Source: an uncultured bacterium (GTDB taxonomy: Bacteria; Patescibacteriota; Microgenomatia; UBA1400; PJMF01). Taken from it: a stretch of 64,000 nucleotides of DNA. A model generated the notes under the pieces. It worked only from the letters and a program-made list of their open reading frames with translations, was not told the origin of the DNA and searched no databases. Below are positions 9,070 through 18,484 of the stretch, in pieces. Made by a program: the position numbers and the translations under genes. Positions within the stretch are counted from its first letter, which is position 1. The number at the start of each line of letters is the position of its first letter. Location: assembly GCA_903842795.1 (NCBI GenBank), contig CAIMNJ010000013.1, positions 69,302-133,301 of the forward strand, in the 5' to 3' direction.

Positions 9070-10917
9070 ATGCAAATTAGAAACATCGCCATTATCGCCC
9101 ACGTTGACCACGGTAAAACTACCTTGATTGACGGAATGTTAAAACAAACTCATGCTTTTCGTGAAAACCAAGCAGAAATGAATCAAAGTACTATCTTGGA
9201 TAGTAATGATTTGGAAAGAGAAAAAGGTATTACCATTCTCGCCAAAAATACTGCTGTTTTTTACAAGAGTGCCGCTGGTGAAGATTACAAGATCAATATT
9301 ATTGACACTCCAGGGCACGCAGATTTTGCTGGTGAAGTGGAGCGCGTGATTAGTATGGCCGATGGTGCCGTCCTTTTGGTTGATGCTGCTGAGGGTCCTT
9401 TGCCTCAAACTCGTTTTGTTTTGGAGCAAGCTCTCAAACAACACCTCAAAATGATTGTAGTGGTCAATAAAATTGATCGTCGCGATGCTGAACCAGAGAG
9501 AGTTTTGGCTCAGGTCGAGGAACTTTTCCTCAATATTGCTCATGATGAATCTCAATTAATGTTCCCAATTCTTTATGCTGTCGGTCGTGATGGTAAAGTC
9601 TGGGATGATTTGCCAGAAAATGAAGTTGGTAACGCCGAAGCCATTGCCAAACATCCTGGCGATTTACGTCCAATTTTTGAAGAAATTATTCGTACTATTC
9701 CAGCTCCAAAAGCAGATGAAACTTTGCCTTTCAAAATGCAAGTTTCTACTCTGGATTTTGATACCTACAAGGGTACTTATGCTATTGGTAAAGTTGCCCA
9801 AGGTCAGGTCAAGAGAGGTCAGCGTTTAGTTATTCTTAACGAAAAAGAAAAAGTTGGGGAAATGTCTGTAGCTCATTTGATGACAAGTGATGGTCTTGGC
9901 CGCCAAGAAACTGAAATTAGTCAGGCTGGTGACATTGTTGCTATTACTGGCGTAGAAAGTATTGCCATCGGTCACACTTTGGCTGCTTTGGGTGAAACTG
10001 AAGGTTTCCCTAGCATTACTGTTACCGAGCCTACTTTGAAGATTAGAGTGGCTGCCAACACTTCTCCTTTTGCTGGCAAAGAAGGTGATTTCTGTACCAT
10101 CCGTCAAATTGCTGAAAGATTGAAAAAAGAACAAAAAACCAATCTTGGTCTTCGTATCGAAGGTCTTGAAGGTGGTTCATTTAATGTCGCCGGTCGTGGC
10201 GAGTTACACTTGGCTATTTTGATCGAAACCATGCGTCGTGAAGGTTATGAAATGGAACTTTCCAAGCCTCAGGTTATCATCAAAGAAGTTGATGGAGTCA
10301 AAATGGAGCCTTATGAAGAAATGACTATTGAAATTGCCAAAGAATTTATGGGCGTAATCACCGAAGAATTAGGCAAGCGTAAGGGTAATTTAATTGATAG
10401 TGTAACTAATGATAAAGGTATTACCAGAATGGTTTACGAAGTTAGTAGTCGCAATATCCTTGGTTTCAGAAGTCAAATTTTGACCAAAACCAGAGGTAAT
10501 GGCCTTTTTAGTTCTCGCTTCCTCGAATATGCTCCACTTAGTGCCGAATTACCACAAATGCGTAATGGTGCTTTGATTGCCACTGAGTCTGGCACTGCTA
10601 CCGCTTATGCTCTGGAAACTATTCAAGAGCGTGGTAAAACTTTCATCAATCCAGGTGAAGCAGCTTATGAGGGTCAAATTATTGGTTTGCGTAACCAACA
10701 AGAAGATTTGGAAGTTAATGTCTGTAAAGCCAAAAAACTAACCAACTTCCGTTCTAATGCTGATGTTTTAACTATTCTTGATACTCGTATTGAATTGAGT
10801 TTGGAGCAATGCCTTGATTTCATTGAAGACGACGAGCTTTTGGAGGTTACTCCAAAGAGTTTGAGATTGCGTAAACGCTTCCTCAACAGAATCGTCCGCA
10901 ATAGACAAGCTCGCTAA
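9070..10917 (+). CDS. typA: translational GTPase TypA/BipA
   Basis: NIAIIAHVDHGKTTL, DTPGHADF, NKIDR G-motifs; 615 aa, EF-G-like domains. Confidence 0.9.
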   Translation: MQIRNIAIIAHVDHGKTTLIDGMLKQTHAFRENQAEMNQSTILDSNDLEREKGITILAKNTAVFYKSAAGEDYKINIIDTPGHADFAGEVERVISMADGAVLLVDAAEGPLPQTRFVLEQALKQHLKMIVVVNKIDRRDAEPERVLAQVEELFLNIAHDESQLMFPILYAVGRDGKVWDDLPENEVGNAEAIAKHPGDLRPIFEEIIRTIPAPKADETLPFKMQVSTLDFDTYKGTYAIGKVAQGQVKRGQRLVILNEKEKVGEMSVAHLMTSDGLGRQETEISQAGDIVAITGVESIAIGHTLAALGETEGFPSITVTEPTLKIRVAANTSPFAGKEGDFCTIRQIAERLKKEQKTNLGLRIEGLEGGSFNVAGRGELHLAILIETMRREGYEMELSKPQVIIKEVDGVKMEPYEEMTIEIAKEFMGVITEELGKRKGNLIDSVTNDKGITRMVYEVSSRNILGFRSQILTKTRGNGLFSSRFLEYAPLSAELPQMRNGALIATESGTATAYALETIQERGKTFINPGEAAYEGQIIGLRNQQEDLEVNVCKAKKLTNFRSNADVLTILDTRIELSLEQCLDFIEDDELLEVTPKSLRLRKRFLNRIVRNRQAR

Positions 10918-10944
10918 GTTTTTTCCTGCTAGAATAGGCCTACA

Positions 10945-12138
10945 ATGTCTGATCTTGCTAAGCCTCTTGCTGCCTTAATTCGTCCTGAATCTCTTGCTGA
11001 TTTTATTGGTCAAGAACATCTGGTGGGATCTGGTAAGCCGATCAGCACAGCCATGGCTTTGCAGGCGGTTTTTTCGATGATTTTTTGGGGTCCTCCTGGA
11101 GTAGGCAAGACCACTCTGGCGCGCATTATTGCTCATGAGAGTGATCGCCAATTTATTGAAATTTCTGCAGTGTCTGCAGGTAAGGCGGATATTCGCAAAA
11201 TTGTTGATGATAGCCGTAAGCAAAAAGGCTTGCTGGAAGATTATCGTGCGCCAATTCTTTTTATTGATGAGATCCACCGTTTCAATAAGGCTCAGCAAGA
11301 TTATTTGTTACCTTTTGTCGAAGAAGGCGTCCTGATTTTAATTGGTGCGACCACCGAGAATCCTTCTTTTGAAGTGATCTCGCCTTTGCTTTCCCGCATG
11401 AGAGTTTTCATTTTTAAGGCTCTTGGTGAAGAGGAGATGAAAAAAGTCCTACAAATGGCGGTTAAAAAATTAGGCAAAAAGCTAAAAATCCCAAGCAAAA
11501 GTGAAGAGTTTCTGCTCAATTACAGTGGAGGTGATGCACGTAAACTGCTAACTTTGATTGATAACACTTTTACCCTTTATGGCGATTTGAAGCTCGAATC
11601 ACTCAAGAATTCTTTGCAATCCAAGCACCTCAGTTATGATAAAAAAGGGGCGCAGCACTACGAAACGATTAGTGCCTTTATCAAAAGCATGCGAGCTAGT
11701 AATGCTGATGCGGCCGTCTATTATCTGGCTAGAATGGTGGAAGCCGGCGAAGATCCACTTTTTATTGCTCGCCGCATGGTCATTTTTGCCTCCGAGGATA
11801 TTGGTTTGGCAGCTCCCACCGCTTTGGTTGTTGCCAACGCTGTTTTTAGTGCCTGTCAGATTATTGGTTATCCAGAATGTGCCATCAATCTTGTTCATGG
11901 AGTGACTTATCTCGCCAACGCCCCCAAAAATCGCACTGCCTACGAAGCCTTGCGCACTGCCCAAGCCGATGTGCAGGCCTATGGTAATCTCGACATTCCC
12001 ATCAATCTCAAAAATGCCGACACTAAGCTGCTCAAAGAAATTGGCTATGGCAAGGGCTATGAAATGTATCCTGACAAGGAAACAAGCTTGCTGCCAGAAA
12101 AGCTAAAGGGGAAGAAATATCTCAAGGTTAAAAAATAA
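10945..12138 (+). CDS. rarA: replication-associated recombination protein A (RarA/MgsA AAA+ ATPase)
   Basis: [17 protein letters not shown] Walker [18 protein letters not shown]-terminal MgsA helical domain. Confidence 0.85.
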   Translation: MSDLAKPLAALIRPESLADFIGQEHLVGSGKPISTAMALQAVFSMIFWGPPGVGKTTLARIIAHESDRQFIEISAVSAGKADIRKIVDDSRKQKGLLEDYRAPILFIDEIHRFNKAQQDYLLPFVEEGVLILIGATTENPSFEVISPLLSRMRVFIFKALGEEEMKKVLQMAVKKLGKKLKIPSKSEEFLLNYSGGDARKLLTLIDNTFTLYGDLKLESLKNSLQSKHLSYDKKGAQHYETISAFIKSMRASNADAAVYYLARMVEAGEDPLFIARRMVIFASEDIGLAAPTALVVANAVFSACQIIGYPECAINLVHGVTYLANAPKNRTAYEALRTAQADVQAYGNLDIPINLKNADTKLLKEIGYGKGYEMYPDKETSLLPEKLKGKKYLKVKK

Positions 12139-12157
12139 ATGTTTTACGCTATGCGCA

Positions 12158-12267
12158 GCATCTTTCGTACCAGCTGTTTTTTGCTTGTGCAAAAAAGCAG
12201 GGTCCGAACTTCGCTTTGCATCTTTCGTACCAGCTGCTTTTTGTTTTGCAAAAAGACAGGGTCCGAA
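12158..12267. repeat. tandem direct repeat (2 units, about 60 bp period), each unit with an internal imperfect hairpin
   Basis: gcatctttcgtaccagctg(t/c)tttt..gcaaaaa.gcagggtccgaa occurs twice head-to-tail between rarA and tRNA-Arg. Confidence 0.7.
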
Positions 12268-12294
12268 ATATAATACCCTAGTTGAGATAATTAA

Positions 12295-12372
12295 GCACCC
12301 ATAGCTCAGTCTGGATAGAGCGTTTGTTTGCGGAACAAAAGATCGTGCGTTCGAATCGCACTGGGTGCACCA
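12295..12372 (+). tRNA. tRNA-Arg (anticodon GCG by manual fold), CCA encoded
   Basis: Manual cloverleaf: 7-bp acceptor GCACCCA/TGGGTGC, D-arm GCTC..GAGC, anticodon stem TTTGT/ACAAA with loop TTGCGGA, T-arm GTGCG-TTCGAAT-CGCAC, A73, CCA. Confidence 0.75.
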
Positions 12373-12454
12373 AATCACAATAACAGTACCAAACACCCCA
12401 CTCGGGTGTTTTTTTGTTTTTAGTGTTAGAATTTAGAAGTTCCTACAGATCTAA

Positions 12455-12536
12455 GGAAGGGTCGCATAGCGGCTATTGCATCAGCCTCGAAAACTGACGC
12501 CTTCGGGCACCGCGGGTTCGAGTCCCGCCCCTTCCG
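12455..12536 (+). tRNA. tRNA-Ser (anticodon CGA), type II with long variable arm, no encoded CCA
   Basis: Acceptor GGAAGGG/CCCTTCC, 3-bp D-stem, anticodon loop CTCGAAA (C31.A39 mismatch), variable arm GCC-TTCG-GGC, T-arm GCGGG-TTCGAGT-CCCGC, G73 discriminator. Confidence 0.7.
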
Positions 12537-12775
12537 CAAGTAACACAAATTATCTTGATAGACCCATCCTTTTACCGTATTAGCTTGATGCAGTCGACTT
12601 AATTTTTACCGAAAAAGGTTGATTCTCGTTTTACAGCCTGTATAAAACGAAACCTTGAGTTATTAGATACTAAAACTCATATTGAAAACCTCTTCTCATC
12701 TTTAATATAGTTGCGAAATGACGAACAAAAGAAATTTAAAGATTATCCAAATTGGCTTCTTTAATAAAATAAATT

Positions 12776-14071
12776 TTAGTGAAGGCTCAAAACCTTATTC
12801 TTCAAAACAAACCTTGTTTTCAGACAGGATAATATTTGTTGGCGGTCACTTGCTGATCCAGTTTTTAGAATATGTTCTAAATATGTTTTGGCCATTTCTG
12901 TATTGTTTAGTTTCACAGCAGATAGTTCAAGCTCTTCTAAATTTCCAGATAAATATTCTTGATTGAGTACCTCTGATCTTAATCTATGAAATTTCTCAAT
13001 GTCACTTCTAATTTGTTTCGAAATCTTTGCCTCATCAATTTTAATTTTAGGTAATAGTGTTAGCAGCTGATCGATTAAATCTTGCTCAGTAATATATGGC
13101 TCATTGCAATCGTAATCTACAGTTTTAGTACAGTGATAATAAATATAGGTAGCCTCTCCGCCATATTTTAATTTCTTATGTTTTTCCTCTGGAATAACTT
13201 GTGCTCCACATCTGCCACATGTACAAATTCCTCTAAAACCATAACCATTTTTCTTCCAAGTTTTTGGAGTGGTAATAAGTTGCTTTTGCACTTTCATAAA
13301 TAAATCGTGAGAAATTAGTGGTGGGTGAGTACCTTTATATAGCACTTCACCAAATTCAAACTCACCGTAGTAAAAACTATTCTTAAGAGTGGAGAAGACT
13401 TTGCTCAATGCTAATTGTTTCCCAGACCTCGTGGTAAATCCTATTCTGTCCAACCATCGTTTAATCATTCTTCCTGAATAATGCTCTTCGCCAACTTTCT
13501 CAAACATTTGGGTAACAAATGGTGCTCTCTCCTCATCAACAATTATTTCTCTAATGCGATCATTTTTAATAATATTTAGATATCCTATTGGAGCATAACC
13601 AGGTCTAATGCCCATTTCACACTTGGCTCTAAGGCCTCGTTTAACATTAACTCCACGATTATCATTTTCTAGTTTTGCTTGTGAGCAGAGAATCATGAGC
13701 AAAAACTTTTCATTTGGGCTATTGGTAAAACTTTGAGAATAGGTTTGGATCTTTAGCAACTTGCCTTGATCCATCAGATCAACTAGTGAGCCCAAATCGC
13801 CAGCATTTCTGCTTAGTCTATCAGGAGCCCAAGTTAAAATAGCATTATATTTTTCTTCTCTAATTTCTTTAAGTATTTCAACAAATAGTGGTCTAGCTCC
13901 AGAGGCTTTGGCCGAGTGACTTTCACGCTTAATTTCGACTATTTTGAGGCCCTCACGCTCGGCCAATGTGGTCATTTCTTTAATCTGGGAGTCGATAGAC
14001 ATTGTTTGTCGTTCATCAGACTCTGATGACTTTCTAGAGTAGAGGCAGTATTTGATTTCTGAGCTTTTCAT
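12776..14071 (-). CDS. large serine recombinase (resolvase domain + recombinase/zinc-ribbon domains)
   Basis: N-terminal YSRKSSESD...SIDSQ catalytic serine block, then recombinase domain with Cys cluster (CTCGRCG...CTK). Confidence 0.85.
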   Translation of the reverse strand: MKSSEIKYCLYSRKSSESDERQTMSIDSQIKEMTTLAEREGLKIVEIKRESHSAKASGARPLFVEILKEIREEKYNAILTWAPDRLSRNAGDLGSLVDLMDQGKLLKIQTYSQSFTNSPNEKFLLMILCSQAKLENDNRGVNVKRGLRAKCEMGIRPGYAPIGYLNIIKNDRIREIIVDEERAPFVTQMFEKVGEEHYSGRMIKRWLDRIGFTTRSGKQLALSKVFSTLKNSFYYGEFEFGEVLYKGTHPPLISHDLFMKVQKQLITTPKTWKKNGYGFRGICTCGRCGAQVIPEEKHKKLKYGGEATYIYYHCTKTVDYDCNEPYITEQDLIDQLLTLLPKIKIDEAKISKQIRSDIEKFHRLRSEVLNQEYLSGNLEELELSAVKLNNTEMAKTYLEHILKTGSASDRQQILSCLKTRFVLKNKVLSLH

Positions 14072-14156
14072 AGCAGTTTTCCTTCAATTAGTGAAGGTAC
14101 CGCAAAGAAATTAGAAGTCTAGTACAAAAACAAAAAACTAGTGATATTATTCATTT

Positions 14157-15125
14157 GTGAAAGAAAATGCTGAAACAGCAAAGAAATATCTAGAATTAAT
14201 TGCAGGTGGGTCTTTTTTATTTGTGTTGATGGGTTATTTTTTTGGATACTCAATTTTTTTCTCTTTTTTGCATTCCATGCTTGGGCTGCCGGTGTTAACA
14301 AGTATGATTTTTCCACCAAGTCAAATATTGTTTCTCGGTTATTTAATTATATTCAGTTTATTAATTTCAATTTTTGTTACTTCTCAGATTTATGGTAGAT
14401 CTGACGGAGTTTCTTTCTCAGAGCTAATATTTGCAGGAGTATTTTTAGGAATGTGGAGTTCTAACATCAAATTCCACGTGTTTCATTTTGAATTTTCTTC
14501 ATTATTAACTAAATTATTTGGCACATTAATTTTAATTATTATTGTTTTTGTATATTTTTATCTGTTACGTTTCAGAAATAAACGTAAAAATAAAAAATTA
14601 AAGCTAAAAAAGCATGAAGAATTTTTTTCAACTGCTTGGCTAGTGTATCTTTTCGCTATATTATTACCAATATTTTCCTCTAGAGGAGAACATATTATTG
14701 GTGCAAAAACTGATATTGTTACTATATTTTCAACTTTTTATTTTGAAATTTATTATGTTGTTTCTCTATTGGTTATTTTATTTAATTGGTTTATTGAGGA
14801 GAAAAACAATAAAAAGAAGTCTAAATTTGTAACTGGACTCATTTTTTTGACTACAATTTTATTTTTAATATATCAATTTTCTTCAATTTTTGGCAAAGCC
14901 ATAGCTGAGAGTTATATAAAAAACCAAGAAGGAATGTTTTCATCAATTTCATTTGGACTAAATAAAGAAATAGATATAAACGGTTCTAACAAAACTTCTA
15001 AATTAAACAATCTTTTTTTGCTATCAAAAGATAATGATTCTTATTATGTTTTTCAAATGAATCCAAATAAATTAATATCTATCGAATCTAGCACAGTTGA
15101 CTTCGCAACGATGCCGGATAATTAA
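14157..15125 (+). CDS. polytopic membrane protein, hypothetical; very AT-rich gene
   Basis: Multiple hydrophobic segments; composition visibly far more AT-rich than its neighbours. Confidence 0.45.
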   Translation: MKENAETAKKYLELIAGGSFLFVLMGYFFGYSIFFSFLHSMLGLPVLTSMIFPPSQILFLGYLIIFSLLISIFVTSQIYGRSDGVSFSELIFAGVFLGMWSSNIKFHVFHFEFSSLLTKLFGTLILIIIVFVYFYLLRFRNKRKNKKLKLKKHEEFFSTAWLVYLFAILLPIFSSRGEHIIGAKTDIVTIFSTFYFEIYYVVSLLVILFNWFIEEKNNKKKSKFVTGLIFLTTILFLIYQFSSIFGKAIAESYIKNQEGMFSSISFGLNKEIDINGSNKTSKLNNLFLLSKDNDSYYVFQMNPNKLISIESSTVDFATMPDN

Positions 15126-15129
15126 GGTT

Positions 15130-16581
15130 TTATATCCACCCAATTTGTGGCTCATATTCGCTTAAATATTCTCTGTGTTTTGAACAAGCCAAAGTAAAAG
15201 CGTCAGCTAAATCATCAAACCTCTCGCTACCAAAGAAAAGAAGCTGATTAATGAGTTCTTCAGCTCCTTTTCTTGGAAATAAGATTTGACCTTTGCTAAC
15301 TTGCGTTGATGCCGACCAAAGCCTTGTGCTTTTATCTTGTCCTTTAATAGGAACACCTTCTACTGGTAGGTCATGGCTTTTTAATTGGTCTACTAAGGCT
15401 ACTTGCTGACCAGCTTGTTCAACAATAATTTTGACCGTATGAGATCTGCCAATCGTCTTGTAAATGCTAGCTATTAAATCAATCAACTCTGGACTATTCC
15501 ATTTACCGCTATAAATAGTTTCGTGGATATACATCTTTTTATCATCGTGACCAAAGTCATAAAATGATGAGCAAATGATCGCAGTCTTATCAGCTTCTTT
15601 AGTAGTAGAAAAGGCTGGATCGATGCTAATAACGTAATAAGACAAATACTTATCATCGGGAAATTGGTCGTAATACTGAATCCACTCTGGCTTAATAATT
15701 TGCTCATTACTATTAATTGCCTTCAGTAAATATTCTCTAGCAAAATCAATTTCAGTAAGACTGTTTTTAAGCCTATCGACTTCTTTTTGGTTTGGATATT
15801 TTCCTTGCCATAAGCAGCTGCCATCTTCATTAAGAAGCGGGTATTCGCGATAGTATCCAATCCTTTTGCCACTTTGAATCGATTCTCTAAGACGCATCAT
15901 CGCAGAATCTTTATGAACTAGATTGCCGATAAAAACATATGAAGTTTCTGGATTGCCAATTGGAATTAGCTCACCATTAACAAACTCCCAAAGTTTATCT
16001 CTTTGTTCTAAGGTCTTCGCTGACTGCACGTCCTCAATATCGTCAGCAATGATTAAATCTGGTCTATAAGCACCATGTCTAATTCCACGAATTGATTCAC
16101 TCACTGAGACCGCAGAAATTCTTGCCTTATGTTCTTGCAATACTAAGCTAGCAGAATTCCATTCTGAAGTTTCAGCTGTCAGAAATGGCCCAAAATCATT
16201 AATTAGTAGTTCATTAGTTTCTAATTCTTGTCTGATGTTATAAAGAGTTTGACTTGATCTACTTTGGCTTTGGCAAACAATAACCACGAATTTTTTCTGA
16301 TTGGTACAAATAGTGTTCCAAAGAGGCAAAATTAAGGAGCAGAGTGTTGACTTTGCACTACCTCTAAAAGCCACTATGCAGCTTAAACCAGGTTCTTTAT
16401 TAGTTATTAGGTCAATAATCTCACGATGAAATGCTGGCTGTTTATATTGCAGAAAATGAGGAAAGTACAAAGTCAGAAACCACTGGAAACTTTGTTTAGC
16501 CAGCATTCTACGACCAACTCTTGTTTGAATTAAATCATCGATAGCTTCAAATTTATTTTGCATACTAGTCACCTCCCTCAT
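15130..16581 (-). CDS. phage terminase large subunit (ATPase + nuclease)
   Basis: Walker-A-like AFRGSAKST, Walker B/acidic LIIADDIED, C-terminal RNaseH-like nuclease region; adjacent small subunit gene. Confidence 0.7.
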   Translation of the reverse strand: MREVTSMQNKFEAIDDLIQTRVGRRMLAKQSFQWFLTLYFPHFLQYKQPAFHREIIDLITNKEPGLSCIVAFRGSAKSTLCSLILPLWNTICTNQKKFVVIVCQSQSRSSQTLYNIRQELETNELLINDFGPFLTAETSEWNSASLVLQEHKARISAVSVSESIRGIRHGAYRPDLIIADDIEDVQSAKTLEQRDKLWEFVNGELIPIGNPETSYVFIGNLVHKDSAMMRLRESIQSGKRIGYYREYPLLNEDGSCLWQGKYPNQKEVDRLKNSLTEIDFAREYLLKAINSNEQIIKPEWIQYYDQFPDDKYLSYYVISIDPAFSTTKEADKTAIICSSFYDFGHDDKKMYIHETIYSGKWNSPELIDLIASIYKTIGRSHTVKIIVEQAGQQVALVDQLKSHDLPVEGVPIKGQDKSTRLWSASTQVSKGQILFPRKGAEELINQLLFFGSERFDDLADAFTLACSKHREYLSEYEPQIGWI

Positions 16582-16984
16582 TAGAAGACATCAGCTCCAA
16601 AGCAGTTAAAACTTTTTCTTGCTGTTCAGGAGTTAAAGATTCCTGTGGAGCTATCGGAGTGAGCTCCACTCTTGTTCGATAATCTGGATGGTTATGTTTT
16701 AGCCAATAAGCAATGGCTTGGAAACTTTTATCTTTAATGCTGCTAATTAGCTGAGACTCAGCCATGTCGTTAACCATGGCTTTGCCTTCAGATAAAGAGC
16801 CTCGAGCTTTTTCAGCGAATTCAGCATCGTCTTTGCACCAGCGATAAAAAGTTGCTCTACCAACGCCAGCCCTTTCACAGGCAATCTGAACGATTGGCAT
16901 TTTCCTAAGTTGCTCAATTAGTTCTAATTTGTCATTAGCGATGCGATCGACAATTGTTATCTTTTGTTTAGTTTGCTTTGGCAT
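16565..16984 (-). CDS. phage terminase small subunit (HTH)
   Basis: HTH ACERAGVGRATFYRWCKDD typical of TerS; overlaps the TerL start. Confidence 0.6.
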   Translation of the reverse strand: MPKQTKQKITIVDRIANDKLELIEQLRKMPIVQIACERAGVGRATFYRWCKDDAEFAEKARGSLSEGKAMVNDMAESQLISSIKDKSFQAIAYWLKHNHPDYRTRVELTPIAPQESLTPEQQEKVLTALELMSSNEGGD

Positions 16985-16985
16985 T

Positions 16986-18317
16986 TTAGGAAATCCTTTC
17001 TGCCTTAATACCAGTTAACTTTTCGTATCGTTTGCAAATCACTTCAGCATAAGTTGGACATTTTTCCATAATGTAGCAACGACGCTTCATTTTTGTGGCT
17101 GCGATTAGAGTCGAGCCACTTCCACCAAATGGTTCAAAAACTAAATCACCTCTTTTGGTGAGAACCTTAATGTATGGAATTAGAATCTCCGTAGGTTTGG
17201 TGCCAAAAACTACTCCCTGACCTGAGCTTTTCTCGTCGCTAGCGTTAAATTCAATAAAGTCAGTTGGCTGATATTTTTTACCTTTCTCGTAACCTTCCCA
17301 CTGAGGCTTTCCAGAAATGGCATAAAGAGCTGTCTGATATTCTTCTTGCAAACCATCCAGTTCTTCATCGTGGTTGTATTCAACGTCAGCTTCTTTGGAA
17401 GCACCGACCATTGCAATGTCATGCTTACTAAAGAATTTATACTTGGCACTAAATCCCTGATGACGATTAGGAATGTGCCAAACAATCATGTTTTTAACTT
17501 TCCAATATTTTTCCATCTCTACCCAGATAGTGCGCAGGTTTTTCCAGTTCTCGTAAACAATAATTGAGAAATGTTCAGCCTGCACCTTGGCAATATTAGC
17601 CATCCATAGTTCAGTAAAGTTGTCTGGAAGCACGTCAGTCATTAAATACTTGCGATCACGCTTATATCCGAAGCCTTCAGTGGCCTTACCGTGCTTAGTT
17701 TTGCCATGTAGATAATCCAAAATGTATGGTGGGTCAGTAAGAGTTAGATCCACTTTCTCATTGCCGATTAATTTCAGAACATCTGCCTCTATAGTAGAGT
17801 CGCCGATCATTAATTTGCTCTCACCTAGTTGATAGACTTCACCATTCTTCATTTTGATTTCATTAATGTTGAGTTTGGCTAATTCTTTCTTTAGATCAAA
17901 TTGCTCTGGGACAGCTAAATCTAAATTAAAAATGTTGTCTAGCTCTTCGCTACTAAAACCAACATCTTCCAATATTTCTGGAGCGAAGCCCTTTAGTAAT
18001 TCCCAATCCCATTCACCAGTTGCTCGATTAAGTCTTAGATTTAGATCTTTCTCTTTCTCCAAATCTGGGATGTCTAGGTAGACAACTGGCACTTCATTTA
18101 TGCCCAGCTCTTTGGCAGCCGCAATTCTCATGTGGCCACCAATAAGAGTGTTTAGTCTTTCAGAAGTAGAATTTGCGATAACTGGGTCAACGAAGCCATA
18201 AAGACTTAGGCTTTCCTTTAGTTTCTCCAAGGCTTCTTTATTCCACTTGCGCGGATTGTATGAGGCGAGATTTAGTTTCTCGATCTTAACTTGTACTATG
18301 TCTAGCTTATTTGGCAT
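16986..18317 (-). CDS. ParB-N nuclease-like domain fused to DNA N6-adenine/N4-cytosine methyltransferase (phage-type orphan MTase)
   Basis: N-terminal ParB box GGHMRIAAAKELGINEVPVV; MTase motif IV DPPY (TLTDPPYILDY) before motif I FEPFGGSGST (beta-class order). Confidence 0.8.
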   Translation of the reverse strand: MPNKLDIVQVKIEKLNLASYNPRKWNKEALEKLKESLSLYGFVDPVIANSTSERLNTLIGGHMRIAAAKELGINEVPVVYLDIPDLEKEKDLNLRLNRATGEWDWELLKGFAPEILEDVGFSSEELDNIFNLDLAVPEQFDLKKELAKLNINEIKMKNGEVYQLGESKLMIGDSTIEADVLKLIGNEKVDLTLTDPPYILDYLHGKTKHGKATEGFGYKRDRKYLMTDVLPDNFTELWMANIAKVQAEHFSIIVYENWKNLRTIWVEMEKYWKVKNMIVWHIPNRHQGFSAKYKFFSKHDIAMVGASKEADVEYNHDEELDGLQEEYQTALYAISGKPQWEGYEKGKKYQPTDFIEFNASDEKSSGQGVVFGTKPTEILIPYIKVLTKRGDLVFEPFGGSGSTLIAATKMKRRCYIMEKCPTYAEVICKRYEKLTGIKAERIS

Positions 18318-18484
18318 AAGCGTTCCTTTCTTTGCCAGTTTCTAATATTTTTTGGATCAAACTGTCATATACTTTAATTATATTGAAAACGAGTGATTCT
18401 TTTACTAATTTTAGGAAATTGCTTTTTTTGAAACAAAAAAAGCCCAGTTTAATAAATGAGGTTTTTGATCGGTAGAGTACAATA

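Noticed and set aside
12103-12396. 97-aa minus-strand ORF from the six-frame track
   Set aside because: It overlaps the tandem hairpin repeat and the tRNA-Arg gene on the opposite strand; almost certainly non-coding.
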